This document shows, piece by piece, positions 41,193-49,106 of a DNA stretch of 64,000 bases; position 1 is the first letter of the stretch, and each line of letters opens with the position of its first letter. The DNA is taken from the NCBI GenBank assembly GCA_963595445.1, contig CAVBHJ010000010.1:12295-76294 (forward strand), given 5' to 3'. Source of the stretch: a bacterium (lineage in GTDB: Bacteria; Actinomycetota; Actinomycetes; Actinomycetales; Bifidobacteriaceae). The position numbers were made by a program, and so were the translations under genes. A model generated the notes under the pieces. That model was given only the letters and a program-made list of their open reading frames with translations. It had not been told where the DNA came from and ran no database searches.

Positions 41193-42182
41193 TCACAAGG
41201 TGGGAGTCATGTTGGATGGATATTCCGGTACTCCGGCCTCGCGAAGTTTCTCAATGAGCTGTTCTCTATGCAGGGCATCTTCGAAGTAGATTCTGACGAT
41301 GGTGGTGACGCCCCATCGGTAAAGATTCTGTTCTCTGTCTCGTTGCTCGTTGACGATGCGTTGGACGGTTTTCCCGCCGGTCATTGAAGGGTCGATATAT
41401 TTTGCCATACCGTCGAATTCGGCAATCACCACGCGTCCGGATGAGGTGAACCAGATGAAATCGACTCTGTACCATTCGCTGGGATTATGAGGATTCTGAA
41501 TAACATATTGAATGATGGGGTCCTGGAATCCGCATTCGATCATGACTCCCCGCACGAACGATTCGCCGCCGTTGTCGCTTTTCGGATTCGCATACCGTAA
41601 TGCCTGCTCGATTGATGCGGCACCGGTCTGTAATGTCTCGCTGATTTCCGTCACCCGCTGGGGGAGGGTTTCGTCCTGAGCGATTGCGGAATCGTAGATT
41701 GGAAGGACCTTGCACAGTGGGAGCATTCTTGCACAATCCGCAAGGGTCCGTTCCGGAGATGTGACCAGTGTGTTGCCGACTTTGACGGAATCTAATGCTG
41801 CGACGTGTATTCTTCCCAAACGTCTGCCCGTGGGCCGCGTGCTTGGTGAATGTACGGATGCGATATACATGCCTTGACGATGAATGTCTCGCGGATGCTC
41901 GTATTGGAATAGCGCCGCGGCGGTAGGGCCGGCGAAGACGATTCCTGGATGGAGGATGGATATGGCGCGTGCCTGATGCTGCACTTTTTGGGTGGGTGTC
42001 AGCGAATTCCAGTACGAGGTTTTGACGTAGATGCCTCGATGCGGCGAGATGATTTCTCCGTCTTCTACCCTCCTGCGGAATGCGGCTCCGATCGCCGATG
42101 TTGGCGCGATGGCGCAACGCTGCTGGCTTTGTGCGATTTCCAACTGTTTGATGCATGCTTGATGTGGTCTCATGCGTTGCAT
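41193..42182 (-). CDS. hypothetical protein. The N-terminus resembles AbiEi-type wHTH proteins and the C-terminus resembles DUF559/Vsr-like endonuclease-fold domains
   Basis: 329-aa ORF. N-terminal RRRVEDGEIISPHRGIYV and TSPERTLADCAR, C-terminal YRVDFIW...VVIAEFDGMAKY. The family assignment is from memory of these families, not a search. Hand-counted GC is about 42-53%, against about 60% in neighbours. Confidence 0.6.
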   Translation of the reverse strand: MQRMRPHQACIKQLEIAQSQQRCAIAPTSAIGAAFRRRVEDGEIISPHRGIYVKTSYWNSLTPTQKVQHQARAISILHPGIVFAGPTAAALFQYEHPRDIHRQGMYIASVHSPSTRPTGRRLGRIHVAALDSVKVGNTLVTSPERTLADCARMLPLCKVLPIYDSAIAQDETLPQRVTEISETLQTGAASIEQALRYANPKSDNGGESFVRGVMIECGFQDPIIQYVIQNPHNPSEWYRVDFIWFTSSGRVVIAEFDGMAKYIDPSMTGGKTVQRIVNEQRDREQNLYRWGVTTIVRIYFEDALHREQLIEKLREAGVPEYPSNMTPTL

Positions 42183-42373
42183 TATGACTGAGGCTTTCCG
42201 CGCGTGCGCGGGTTTTCGACGGTTGTGGTCGGAGGATGACGGTTATGGCGTGTCGAAATGCGCAGATGCTTGGTAAGCAGCCATTTCTGGGTTGTGGATA
42301 AGTGATGCTGTGCCTGTGTTGCGCGATGTATGAGGCTTGTGTTTTCAGCGCATGCGTGGTGTTGATGTATTTT

Positions 42374-42574
42374 GTGCGATTGCGGTGACGCTTGTTTGCG
42401 TCGGTTTGGGGATAGTGTGTGGGCTTCAGTATTCTCATACGTCCGCAATGAGGTAGGTTTGCGGTGTTACGGGAATGGTTGGTATGGTGTGGTATTCCCA
42501 TACGTCCGCAATCGTGTGCGATTGCGTCGGTTTGGAGATAGTGGAAGAGCCCGCGTATTCCCGTACGTCCGCAA
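42374..42574 (+). repeat. hairpin-repeat array B (3 units plus a partial leading arm, 63-bp period)
   Basis: Left arms (TTGCG...) at 42396, 42459 and 42522. Right arms (TATTC..) at 42430, 42493 and 42556. Junction palindrome CGCAATCG-TGTG-CGATTGCG at 42507-42526. Confidence 0.88.
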
Positions 42575-42684
42575 ATCCGATTCCGCGGTTGCCGGCGTCC
42601 CTTCAAAGGGGGTATATGGACCCATCGTCATACACCATTCGCGCGTTTATGGGCAAAGGATTGAATTTGTAGCATGAATGAGTT

Positions 42685-44202
42685 ATGTTGCCCCTTATGC
42701 CTGACGAAAAGAATACGCAGAACAATCTGCAATCGGTCGAAGCGCTCGATCAGACCAACGATATGGAACGTGGCCTGAGCAATCGTCACGTTCAGTTCAT
42801 CGCCATCGGCGGCACCATCGGCACCGGCCTGTTCCTCGGTTCCGGCAAGTCGATCTCGCTTACCGGTCCGAGCATTATCTTCGTATACATTCTGGTGGGC
42901 GTGGTGATGTTCTTCCTCATGCGAGCCATCGGCGAGATGATGTACCGCGATCCGAGCCAGCACACGTTCATCAACTTCATCGGCCGTTATTTGGGCCGCG
43001 GCTGGGGTAAATTCGCCGGATGGACGTATTGGATCGCACTGGTGTTGCTCGGAATGACCGAAATCACCGCGGTCTCACAGTATTTCGTCACATTCTTTGA
43101 TACCTTCGGCATGGACCTGAGCCGGTGGAAATGGCTGATCGAGGTCTGTTTCCTGGTGGTGCTCGTCTGTGTGAACCTCATCGCCGTCAAGGTGTTCGGC
43201 GAGGTGGAGTTCTGGTTCTCCATGATCAAAATCACACTGATCGTGGCCATGATCGTCACTGCCGCGGTCATGATCGTAATCGGCTACCATTATCCGGCCG
43301 TGCAGATTCAGGGCATGGATTCACCCAGTCCCGCCGGTCATGTGGGCTTTGACAACCTTTTCGATAATTTCTCCATCGCCCCTAACGGTTGGCTTGCGTT
43401 CCTCATGAGCTTCCAGATGGTGTTCTTCGCTTACGAGATGATGGAATTCGTGGGCGTCACCGTTTCCGAGACGAAGAATCCCCGCAAGGTGCTGCCCAAG
43501 GCGATCAATGAAATCATCGTGCGCGTGCTCATCTTCTATGTGGGCGCGTTGGTGGCCATTATGTGCATCGTGCCGTGGACGAGTTTCAAGCCGAACAAGG
43601 ACGGTTCCTTCGCATCCCCGTTCATCATGGTGTTCCAGTACGCGGGCCTGAATTGGGCGTCCGCTTTGGTGTTCTTCGTGGTGATCACCGCAGCGTCTTC
43701 CGCTTTGAACTCGTTGCTGTACTCGGCGGGACGCCATCTCTACCAGCTTGCGTCCGAATCCAATGATCCTACGTTGCGTCGGATCGGCGAAGTGTCCAAG
43801 CGCAAAGTGCCGGCGCGCGCGATCATCATCTCCGCGGTGCTGATCCTGTTCTCCCCGCTTATCAACGCTTTCCCGCAGATGTCCAGCGCTTTTGTGCTGT
43901 TCTCCTCGGCCAGTTCGGCGGTGTTCCTGTTCATCTACATCCTCACGCTGGTCGCGCATCGCCATTACCGTCGTTCGTTGGACTTCATTGCTGATGGTTT
44001 TGTGATGCCGGCTTGGAAATGGCTTAATACCATCGCCATCGTGTTTTTCGCTTTCGTCTATGTGACGTTGTTCCTTTCCGACGATACCCGTGGCTCCGCG
44101 ATACTTGGCTTGGTATGGCTGGCGGTATTCGGCGGCTATTGCGTGCTGCAGCAGCGGTATAAGGACCGCGATTTGAAGGCGGCGGTCACATCCGCTAAAT
44201 AG
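42685..44202 (+). CDS. amino acid permease (APC superfamily, AAT family)
   Basis: N-terminal signature RHVQFIAIGGTIGTGLFLGSG and 12 hydrophobic segments. About 500 aa. A later in-frame ATG (42700) is possible. Confidence 0.9.
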   Translation: MLPLMPDEKNTQNNLQSVEALDQTNDMERGLSNRHVQFIAIGGTIGTGLFLGSGKSISLTGPSIIFVYILVGVVMFFLMRAIGEMMYRDPSQHTFINFIGRYLGRGWGKFAGWTYWIALVLLGMTEITAVSQYFVTFFDTFGMDLSRWKWLIEVCFLVVLVCVNLIAVKVFGEVEFWFSMIKITLIVAMIVTAAVMIVIGYHYPAVQIQGMDSPSPAGHVGFDNLFDNFSIAPNGWLAFLMSFQMVFFAYEMMEFVGVTVSETKNPRKVLPKAINEIIVRVLIFYVGALVAIMCIVPWTSFKPNKDGSFASPFIMVFQYAGLNWASALVFFVVITAASSALNSLLYSAGRHLYQLASESNDPTLRRIGEVSKRKVPARAIIISAVLILFSPLINAFPQMSSAFVLFSSASSAVFLFIYILTLVAHRHYRRSLDFIADGFVMPAWKWLNTIAIVFFAFVYVTLFLSDDTRGSAILGLVWLAVFGGYCVLQQRYKDRDLKAAVTSAK

Positions 44203-44232
44203 CTACGGGAGAACGTCGGATAGGACGCGTTC

Positions 44233-44411
44233 TTGCGACGTTATGGGGATGGCGGAGGTGCTTAAGTATTCCCGTAACGTCGGAATTGGGTGCGATTGCG
44301 GCGTTACGGGGATAGTCAACCGTTTTCGCCATCCCCATAACGCCGCAGTGGGGTTGGTTTGCGGCGGTTTGGGGATAGTAGGGATGCTTGAGTATTCCTG
44401 TAACGCCGCCA
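44233..44411 (+). repeat. hairpin-repeat array C (3 units, 63-bp period)
   Basis: Left arms at 44233, 44296 and 44359. Right arms at 44267, 44331 and 44393. Unit 2 has arms TGCGGCGTTACGGGGAT and ATCCCCATAACGCCGCA, complementary at 16 of 17 positions. Confidence 0.88.
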
Positions 44412-44437
44412 TGCACCCACACCCGCCAAGGTGCGTA

Positions 44438-45514
44438 TTACCTGATGCGTCCGGTGGTGGCTCGAAGCGTGAGGGATGTGGGCATGGTGGTGAACGGCTC
44501 CGCAAGGGGTTCTCCGGCAAGCAGTGCCAGTGTTTTGCGTGCCGCCTCGCGCCCGATTTCGGCGGGGTTCTGGTGCATGGTGGTCAGGTCCACGATGGAT
44601 GCGCGCGGATCGTCGTCAAAACCCACCAGCGAAACGTCCTGTGGCACGCGCACGCCGATTCGCCGCAGCTCTTTGAGTAGGGGAACGGCGGCCGCGTCGA
44701 CGGACACGCAGATGCCGGTCGGTTGCTTCGAAGCGCTGAGCAGTTGCGCGACTATGCCGGAGTAGATGTCCTGTTCGTTTTGGATGTCGATGTTGGACAG
44801 CGACGGTATGACGATGATGTCGTCGTCCTTGTATCCGCACGATTTTGCCGCATCGATGAATCCTTTTTCCCGAACGGCATCCGAGCATATGAACGGCGAT
44901 GCGTTGACGGGTTGCCCCACATATGCGAGGGTCTGATGGCCCAACGATTTCAGGAAACGTACGATTGTGCACATGGACTCCACATCGTCGATCGCAGCTC
45001 CCGCATCGAGGCCGTGTTCGCTGGGCGCGTTTATGCCGACTACCGGTATGGCTAGTTCGCCGAGGGTCTGTTTTTTGGCTTCATCGAAATCGAAGGACGC
45101 TTCGATGATGGCGTCCACATTGCGATTTCCGGGTAGTTTTTGAAAGAAACCGTCCAAATCGTTCTGTGTCCATACGATATGCGGGATCACGTCGTATCCG
45201 GCTGTCGACATTATCTCGTAGACGCCTTGGAACGCATTGGCGTTGAACCAGCTGTTGATTTCGCTTGGCAGCAGCATGGCGATGCGCATGGTTTTGCCGG
45301 ATGCCAGTGCGGACGCACTTTTCGAGAAGGAGAAGTGCAGTCGTTTCGCTTCCCTTTCCACGCGTTCGCGGGTTTCGGGATTAACCCTGTCGAGTCCGCG
45401 CAGCGCGCGGGAGACTGTGGATACGGAGACGCCGGCGGCTTTCGCCACGTCTGCGATTGTTGTGCGGGGCACGTGCGCTCCTTTTGCGATTTCGGATTGA
45501 CCATTTGCTGACAT
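44438..45514 (-). CDS. LacI family transcriptional regulator (alpha-glucoside locus)
   Basis: HTH TTIADVAKAAGVSVSTVSRALRG followed by a sugar-binding domain. Divergent from the GH13 gene. Confidence 0.9.
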   Translation of the reverse strand: MSANGQSEIAKGAHVPRTTIADVAKAAGVSVSTVSRALRGLDRVNPETRERVEREAKRLHFSFSKSASALASGKTMRIAMLLPSEINSWFNANAFQGVYEIMSTAGYDVIPHIVWTQNDLDGFFQKLPGNRNVDAIIEASFDFDEAKKQTLGELAIPVVGINAPSEHGLDAGAAIDDVESMCTIVRFLKSLGHQTLAYVGQPVNASPFICSDAVREKGFIDAAKSCGYKDDDIIVIPSLSNIDIQNEQDIYSGIVAQLLSASKQPTGICVSVDAAAVPLLKELRRIGVRVPQDVSLVGFDDDPRASIVDLTTMHQNPAEIGREAARKTLALLAGEPLAEPFTTMPTSLTLRATTGRIR

Positions 45515-45557
45515 GTTCAGCGGACATGCTCAACTGTAGCACGACACGCCCATTTTG

Positions 45558-45571
45558 TAAAAGCGCTTGCA
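45558..45571. promoter_or_regulatory. LacI-type operator candidate (TGCAAGCGCTTTTA on the minus strand)
   Basis: One of three related 14-mers of the form TGCAA[G/A]CG[C/T]T.. in the LacI/GH13 divergent region. Confidence 0.45.
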
Positions 45572-45648
45572 TGGTTGAATATGTTGCGATTTCAAGGTTT
45601 TAAAGAGCAATGTCTTATAAAAACGGATGACCTTGTTGCAAAATTTTG

Positions 45649-45662
45649 TGCAAGCGTTATTA
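45649..45662. promoter_or_regulatory. LacI-type operator candidate TGCAAGCGTTATTA
   Basis: The second related 14-mer. It is immediately preceded by the perfect palindrome CAAAATTTTG (45639-45648). Confidence 0.4.
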
Positions 45663-45770
45663 TTGAGGAAGTCGAGCGGCTGGAAAACAGTAAAAATGCT
45701 GCTCGAAATAACTTACAAAGCTTAGGCAATCAGTGATGTTTTAAGTAAAACAATGCTGATGCAACTAAAG

Positions 45771-45784
45771 TGCAAACGCTTGTA
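45771..45784. promoter_or_regulatory. LacI-type operator candidate TGCAAACGCTTGTA
   Basis: Near-palindrome (5 of 7 arm pairs) ending 3 nt before the AAGGAGG RBS of the GH13 gene. Confidence 0.5.
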
Positions 45785-45799
45785 TACAAGGAGGTAAAC

Positions 45800-47554
45800 A
45801 TGACTGAAATCAGCGATCCGGCACTGTGGTGGAAGCAGGCCGTGGTCTATCAGGTCTACCCGCGTTCCTTCAAGGACTCCAAAGGTGAGGGATTGGGGCA
45901 GATCGCAGGCGTCACCGAGAAAATCGACTATCTGAAGGAACTTGGCGTCGACGCCATCTGGCTGAGCCCGTTCTATCCGTCGCAGCTGGCGGACGGCGGC
46001 TACGATGTCGACGACTACCGCAACGTCGATCCGAAACTTGGCAGCATCGAAGACTTCGATGAGCTTGCCAAAGCCGCGCATGCCAACGGCATCAAAGTGG
46101 TGGTCGACATCGTTCCGAACCACAGCTCCAACCTGCACGAATGGTTCAAGGCCGCCCTCGCCGCGGAGCCGGGATCTCCGGAACGCGATCGTTACATCTT
46201 CCGTGACGGCAAGGGGCCGAACGGCGATCAGCCTCCGACCAATTGGGAAAACCACTTCGGTGGTCCGGCCTGGACGCGCGTGCCCGACGGCCAGTGGTAT
46301 CTGCACATGTTCACCAAGGAACAGCCCGACTGGAACTGGAACAACCGTGAAGTGCGCGACGACTTCCTCAAGACGCTGCGATTCTGGCTGGACCACGGCG
46401 CCGACGGCTTCCGCGTGGATGTGGCCCACGGCCTCGCCAAGGACCTCGACCGTGACGATCTGGATGATTACGTGGTCTGGTGCACCAACGACCAGCCCGA
46501 AGACGGATCGCATCCCGTGATCGACCGCGACGAAGTGCATGACATCTACCACGAATGGCGTGAGGTCTTCAACGAATACGATCCGCCGGCGTTCGCGGTG
46601 GCCGAAGCGTGGGTACGTCCGAGCCGCCAGCATCTGTACGCGTCTGAGGACGATCTCGGACAGATCTTCAACTTCGAATTCGCAAAGAAGGACTGGATCC
46701 GTGACGACCTGCACCTGGCGATCGAGGAGGGACTGGAAAGCGCCCGACGTTCCGGGTCCACCGCAACCTGGGTCATGAGCAACCATGATGTGATTCGCCA
46801 TGCCACCCGATATGCGCTTCCTCAGGTTCCGACGAGCGAATACCATCGTCTGCCGCTGGATTGGCTGCTGCGCGACGGTGCGACGTTCGAAGAGGACCGT
46901 GCGCTCGGCACCAAGCGTTCCCGCGCTGCGATTCTGATGGAAATGGCGTTGCCGGGTTCCGCATACGTGTACCAGGGGGAGGAGCTCGGCCTGTTCGAAG
47001 TGGCGGATATTCCGTGGGATGAGCTTGAGGATCCGTCCGCATGGCGCACTTCGCGTTCGGCCAGCACCAAGGGACGCGACGGTTGCCGTGTTCCGCTGCC
47101 GTGGATGGCTTCCGACGCTCCGAAGCTGGATGATCCGGATGATGAATTCGGACATGGCGGCTCCTTTGGATTCTCGCCTGCGGGTTCCGCCGATCCGCAT
47201 CTGCCGCAGCCCAAGTGGTACAAGGATTTCGCGGTCGATGTGGAATCGGACGATCCGGATTCCATGCTGAACCTGTACCGTCGGGTGCTGGCGTTGCGTC
47301 ACGAGCTGCAGACCACCGATCTGAGCCTTGAATGGCTTGCGGAAGACAAGCCGGGCGAGGCGCACGACGGCGCGAACGGCTTCCCGGGCGGCACCATCGC
47401 CTACAAGCGTGCCAACGGATGGGCCTCCATCACCAACTTCGGTGAGGAGCCGGTATCGCTGCCGGCGGGAGAAGTGCTGTTGACCTCCGGACCGCTTACC
47501 GACGATGGCGAGCTGCCGCAGGACACCAGCGCCTGGCTCAAGCTGGCGGAATAA
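45800..47554 (+). CDS. GH13 alpha-glucosidase / oligo-1,6-glucosidase
   Basis: QAVVYQVYPRSFKDS, DAIWLSPFYPS, GFRVDVAHGL, AVAEAW and SNHD, the GH13 conserved regions I-IV. ATG 45800 follows AAGGAGG. Confidence 0.92.
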   Translation: MTEISDPALWWKQAVVYQVYPRSFKDSKGEGLGQIAGVTEKIDYLKELGVDAIWLSPFYPSQLADGGYDVDDYRNVDPKLGSIEDFDELAKAAHANGIKVVVDIVPNHSSNLHEWFKAALAAEPGSPERDRYIFRDGKGPNGDQPPTNWENHFGGPAWTRVPDGQWYLHMFTKEQPDWNWNNREVRDDFLKTLRFWLDHGADGFRVDVAHGLAKDLDRDDLDDYVVWCTNDQPEDGSHPVIDRDEVHDIYHEWREVFNEYDPPAFAVAEAWVRPSRQHLYASEDDLGQIFNFEFAKKDWIRDDLHLAIEEGLESARRSGSTATWVMSNHDVIRHATRYALPQVPTSEYHRLPLDWLLRDGATFEEDRALGTKRSRAAILMEMALPGSAYVYQGEELGLFEVADIPWDELEDPSAWRTSRSASTKGRDGCRVPLPWMASDAPKLDDPDDEFGHGGSFGFSPAGSADPHLPQPKWYKDFAVDVESDDPDSMLNLYRRVLALRHELQTTDLSLEWLAEDKPGEAHDGANGFPGGTIAYKRANGWASITNFGEEPVSLPAGEVLLTSGPLTDDGELPQDTSAWLKLAE

Positions 47555-47703
47555 TCCGACCGCTTGCCAATCGCAAGCGAATCTCCACAACCGTTGCCGC
47601 GGGTTCGGCGCCCGCGGCAACGTCGAACAACCTGATCGTCACAACGGCGTCAACGGCGTCAACAATGACGCGAACTCACCACATCATCAAAAAGGGGAAC
47701 AAT

Positions 47704-48966
47704 ATGTCCGAAACCATCACGGCGGTGCCCGCACAACAATCGCAAAGTAATACGAAATGGCGTTTTACCGGCGGATTCCTCGCCTTCGCGGTGCTCTCCG
47801 GTGCAGCTTTCTACATGACCATGTCCGTGCTCGTACCGCAGCGTCTGCGTGATATCGGCGTCGACAACTCCACCGCGGTGCTCGGCACCATCAACGCGGT
47901 CGGCTCGATCGCATCGATCTTCATCGCGCTGTTCGTCGGCGCGCTGTCCGACCGTACCGCATCGCGTTGGGGCAAGCGTACGCCGTGGATCTTCTGCGGC
48001 GCGTTCATATACGGTTTCTGCTTCTGGGCATTGAGCCGACCGGTCAGCGCGGTGGTGATCGGCGTTCTCTACGTGATGGCTCTGATCGGTCTGAACATGG
48101 TGCAGGCGCCGATCTACGCACGTATCTCCGACCAGGTCGAACCGACGTCACGAGCCACCGTCTCCGCGGCGATCGGCGCCGGCGGCGTCATCGGCCAGGG
48201 CATCGGCACGCTGGTGGGCTCCTCCCTGATCGAACACATGGAACTCGGCTTCGTCTGCGCGGGCCTGTGCGCGTTGGCCGCGGGCGTGCTGTCCGTGGTG
48301 ATCGCCCCGCGTGAACCCTCCAGCGAGAACATGCCGAAAAACACCGATGAACCGTTGTGGAAGGTCGTCGCGTCGTCCCTCACCCCGCCGCTGAAGGATT
48401 GCGCGGACTTCTACCGTGCGTTCATCTGCCGCACCTGCCTGATCGTGGCATACCAGATGGTGTTCAGCTACCAGCTGTACATTCTGCAGGACTACATCGG
48501 TCAAGACAAGCTGTCGGCCGCCGCATCCATCCAGGTCATTTCCGTGATCACCATGATCGTGTCCATCGTCGCGTCCCTTGTGGCCGGCCCGATCGCGGAC
48601 ATGCTCAACCGCCGCAAGGCGCCGATCGTCGTGGCATGCATGTTCTTCGCCGTGGGTCTTGCCATGCCGTGGATTTTCCCGACCCAGATGGGCATGTTCC
48701 TCTTCGGCGGCATCGCCAGCTTCGGCTACGGCATGTATCTGTCTGTCGACCAGGCCCTGAACGTGGACGTGCTGCCCAGCAAGGAGACCGCGGGCAAGGA
48801 CCTCGGCTTCATGAACATCGCCACCTGCGCGGGCCAGGCCATCGGCGTGGTCATCACCTCCACGCTGGTGAGCGTCCTCGGCTCCTATACGGCGGTGTTC
48901 CCGGTGGCCATCGCCATGACCGCCGTCGCAGCCATCAGCGTGCTGGGCATCAAACGCGTGCGCTGA
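47704..48966 (+). CDS. MFS-type transporter (probable glycoside transporter by context)
   Basis: About 12 hydrophobic segments and a conserved GALSDRTASRWGKRTPW loop between TM2 and TM3. ATG 47704 follows AAAAGGGGAA. Confidence 0.78.
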   Translation: MSETITAVPAQQSQSNTKWRFTGGFLAFAVLSGAAFYMTMSVLVPQRLRDIGVDNSTAVLGTINAVGSIASIFIALFVGALSDRTASRWGKRTPWIFCGAFIYGFCFWALSRPVSAVVIGVLYVMALIGLNMVQAPIYARISDQVEPTSRATVSAAIGAGGVIGQGIGTLVGSSLIEHMELGFVCAGLCALAAGVLSVVIAPREPSSENMPKNTDEPLWKVVASSLTPPLKDCADFYRAFICRTCLIVAYQMVFSYQLYILQDYIGQDKLSAAASIQVISVITMIVSIVASLVAGPIADMLNRRKAPIVVACMFFAVGLAMPWIFPTQMGMFLFGGIASFGYGMYLSVDQALNVDVLPSKETAGKDLGFMNIATCAGQAIGVVITSTLVSVLGSYTAVFPVAIAMTAVAAISVLGIKRVR

Positions 48967-48989
48967 AACATCAAACGCGTGCGCTGAAC
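48948..48989 (+). repeat. 21-bp tandem duplication spanning the MFS stop codon
   Basis: catcaaacgcgtgcgctgaaa / catcaaacgcgtgcgctgaac, 20 of 21 identical. Confidence 0.85.
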
Positions 48990-49009
48990 AACGAACCGGC
49001 GCGCACCTC

Positions 49010-49047
49010 ATACCGCAGGGTGGGGCAATCTCCCTACCCTGCGGTAT
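49010..49047 (+). terminator. hairpin after the MFS gene
   Basis: 16-bp stem ATACCGCAGGGTGGGG/CCCTACCCTGCGGTAT (one G-T pair) with a 6-nt loop. The T-tail is weak. Confidence 0.5.
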
Positions 49048-49106
49048 CTTCATATGTTCGGCTTCACGCAGCGGGCGCGGCCGCAGACATATGAAACGAG
49101 GCAACG

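Noticed and set aside
41035-42677. Repeat arrays as coding sequence. ORFs 41035..41289 and 42372..42677 translate to a 21-aa repeat (VFPYVRN.V.LRRFGDS), and 63 bp is a multiple of 3
   Set aside because: In array C the same phase hits TAA at 44263-44265. No RBS or plausible start precedes these ORFs. The opposite strand is equally open. The signal is better explained by paired arms. It is still worth a proteomics or ribosome-profiling check.
41041-44411. CRISPR array interpretation of the 63-bp periodic repeats
   Set aside because: The sequence between consecutive left arms is not unique. It always contains the inverted right arm. Arrays have only 2-3 units, no cas genes are nearby, and the arms are imperfect. 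The architecture is hairpin tandem, not repeat-spacer.
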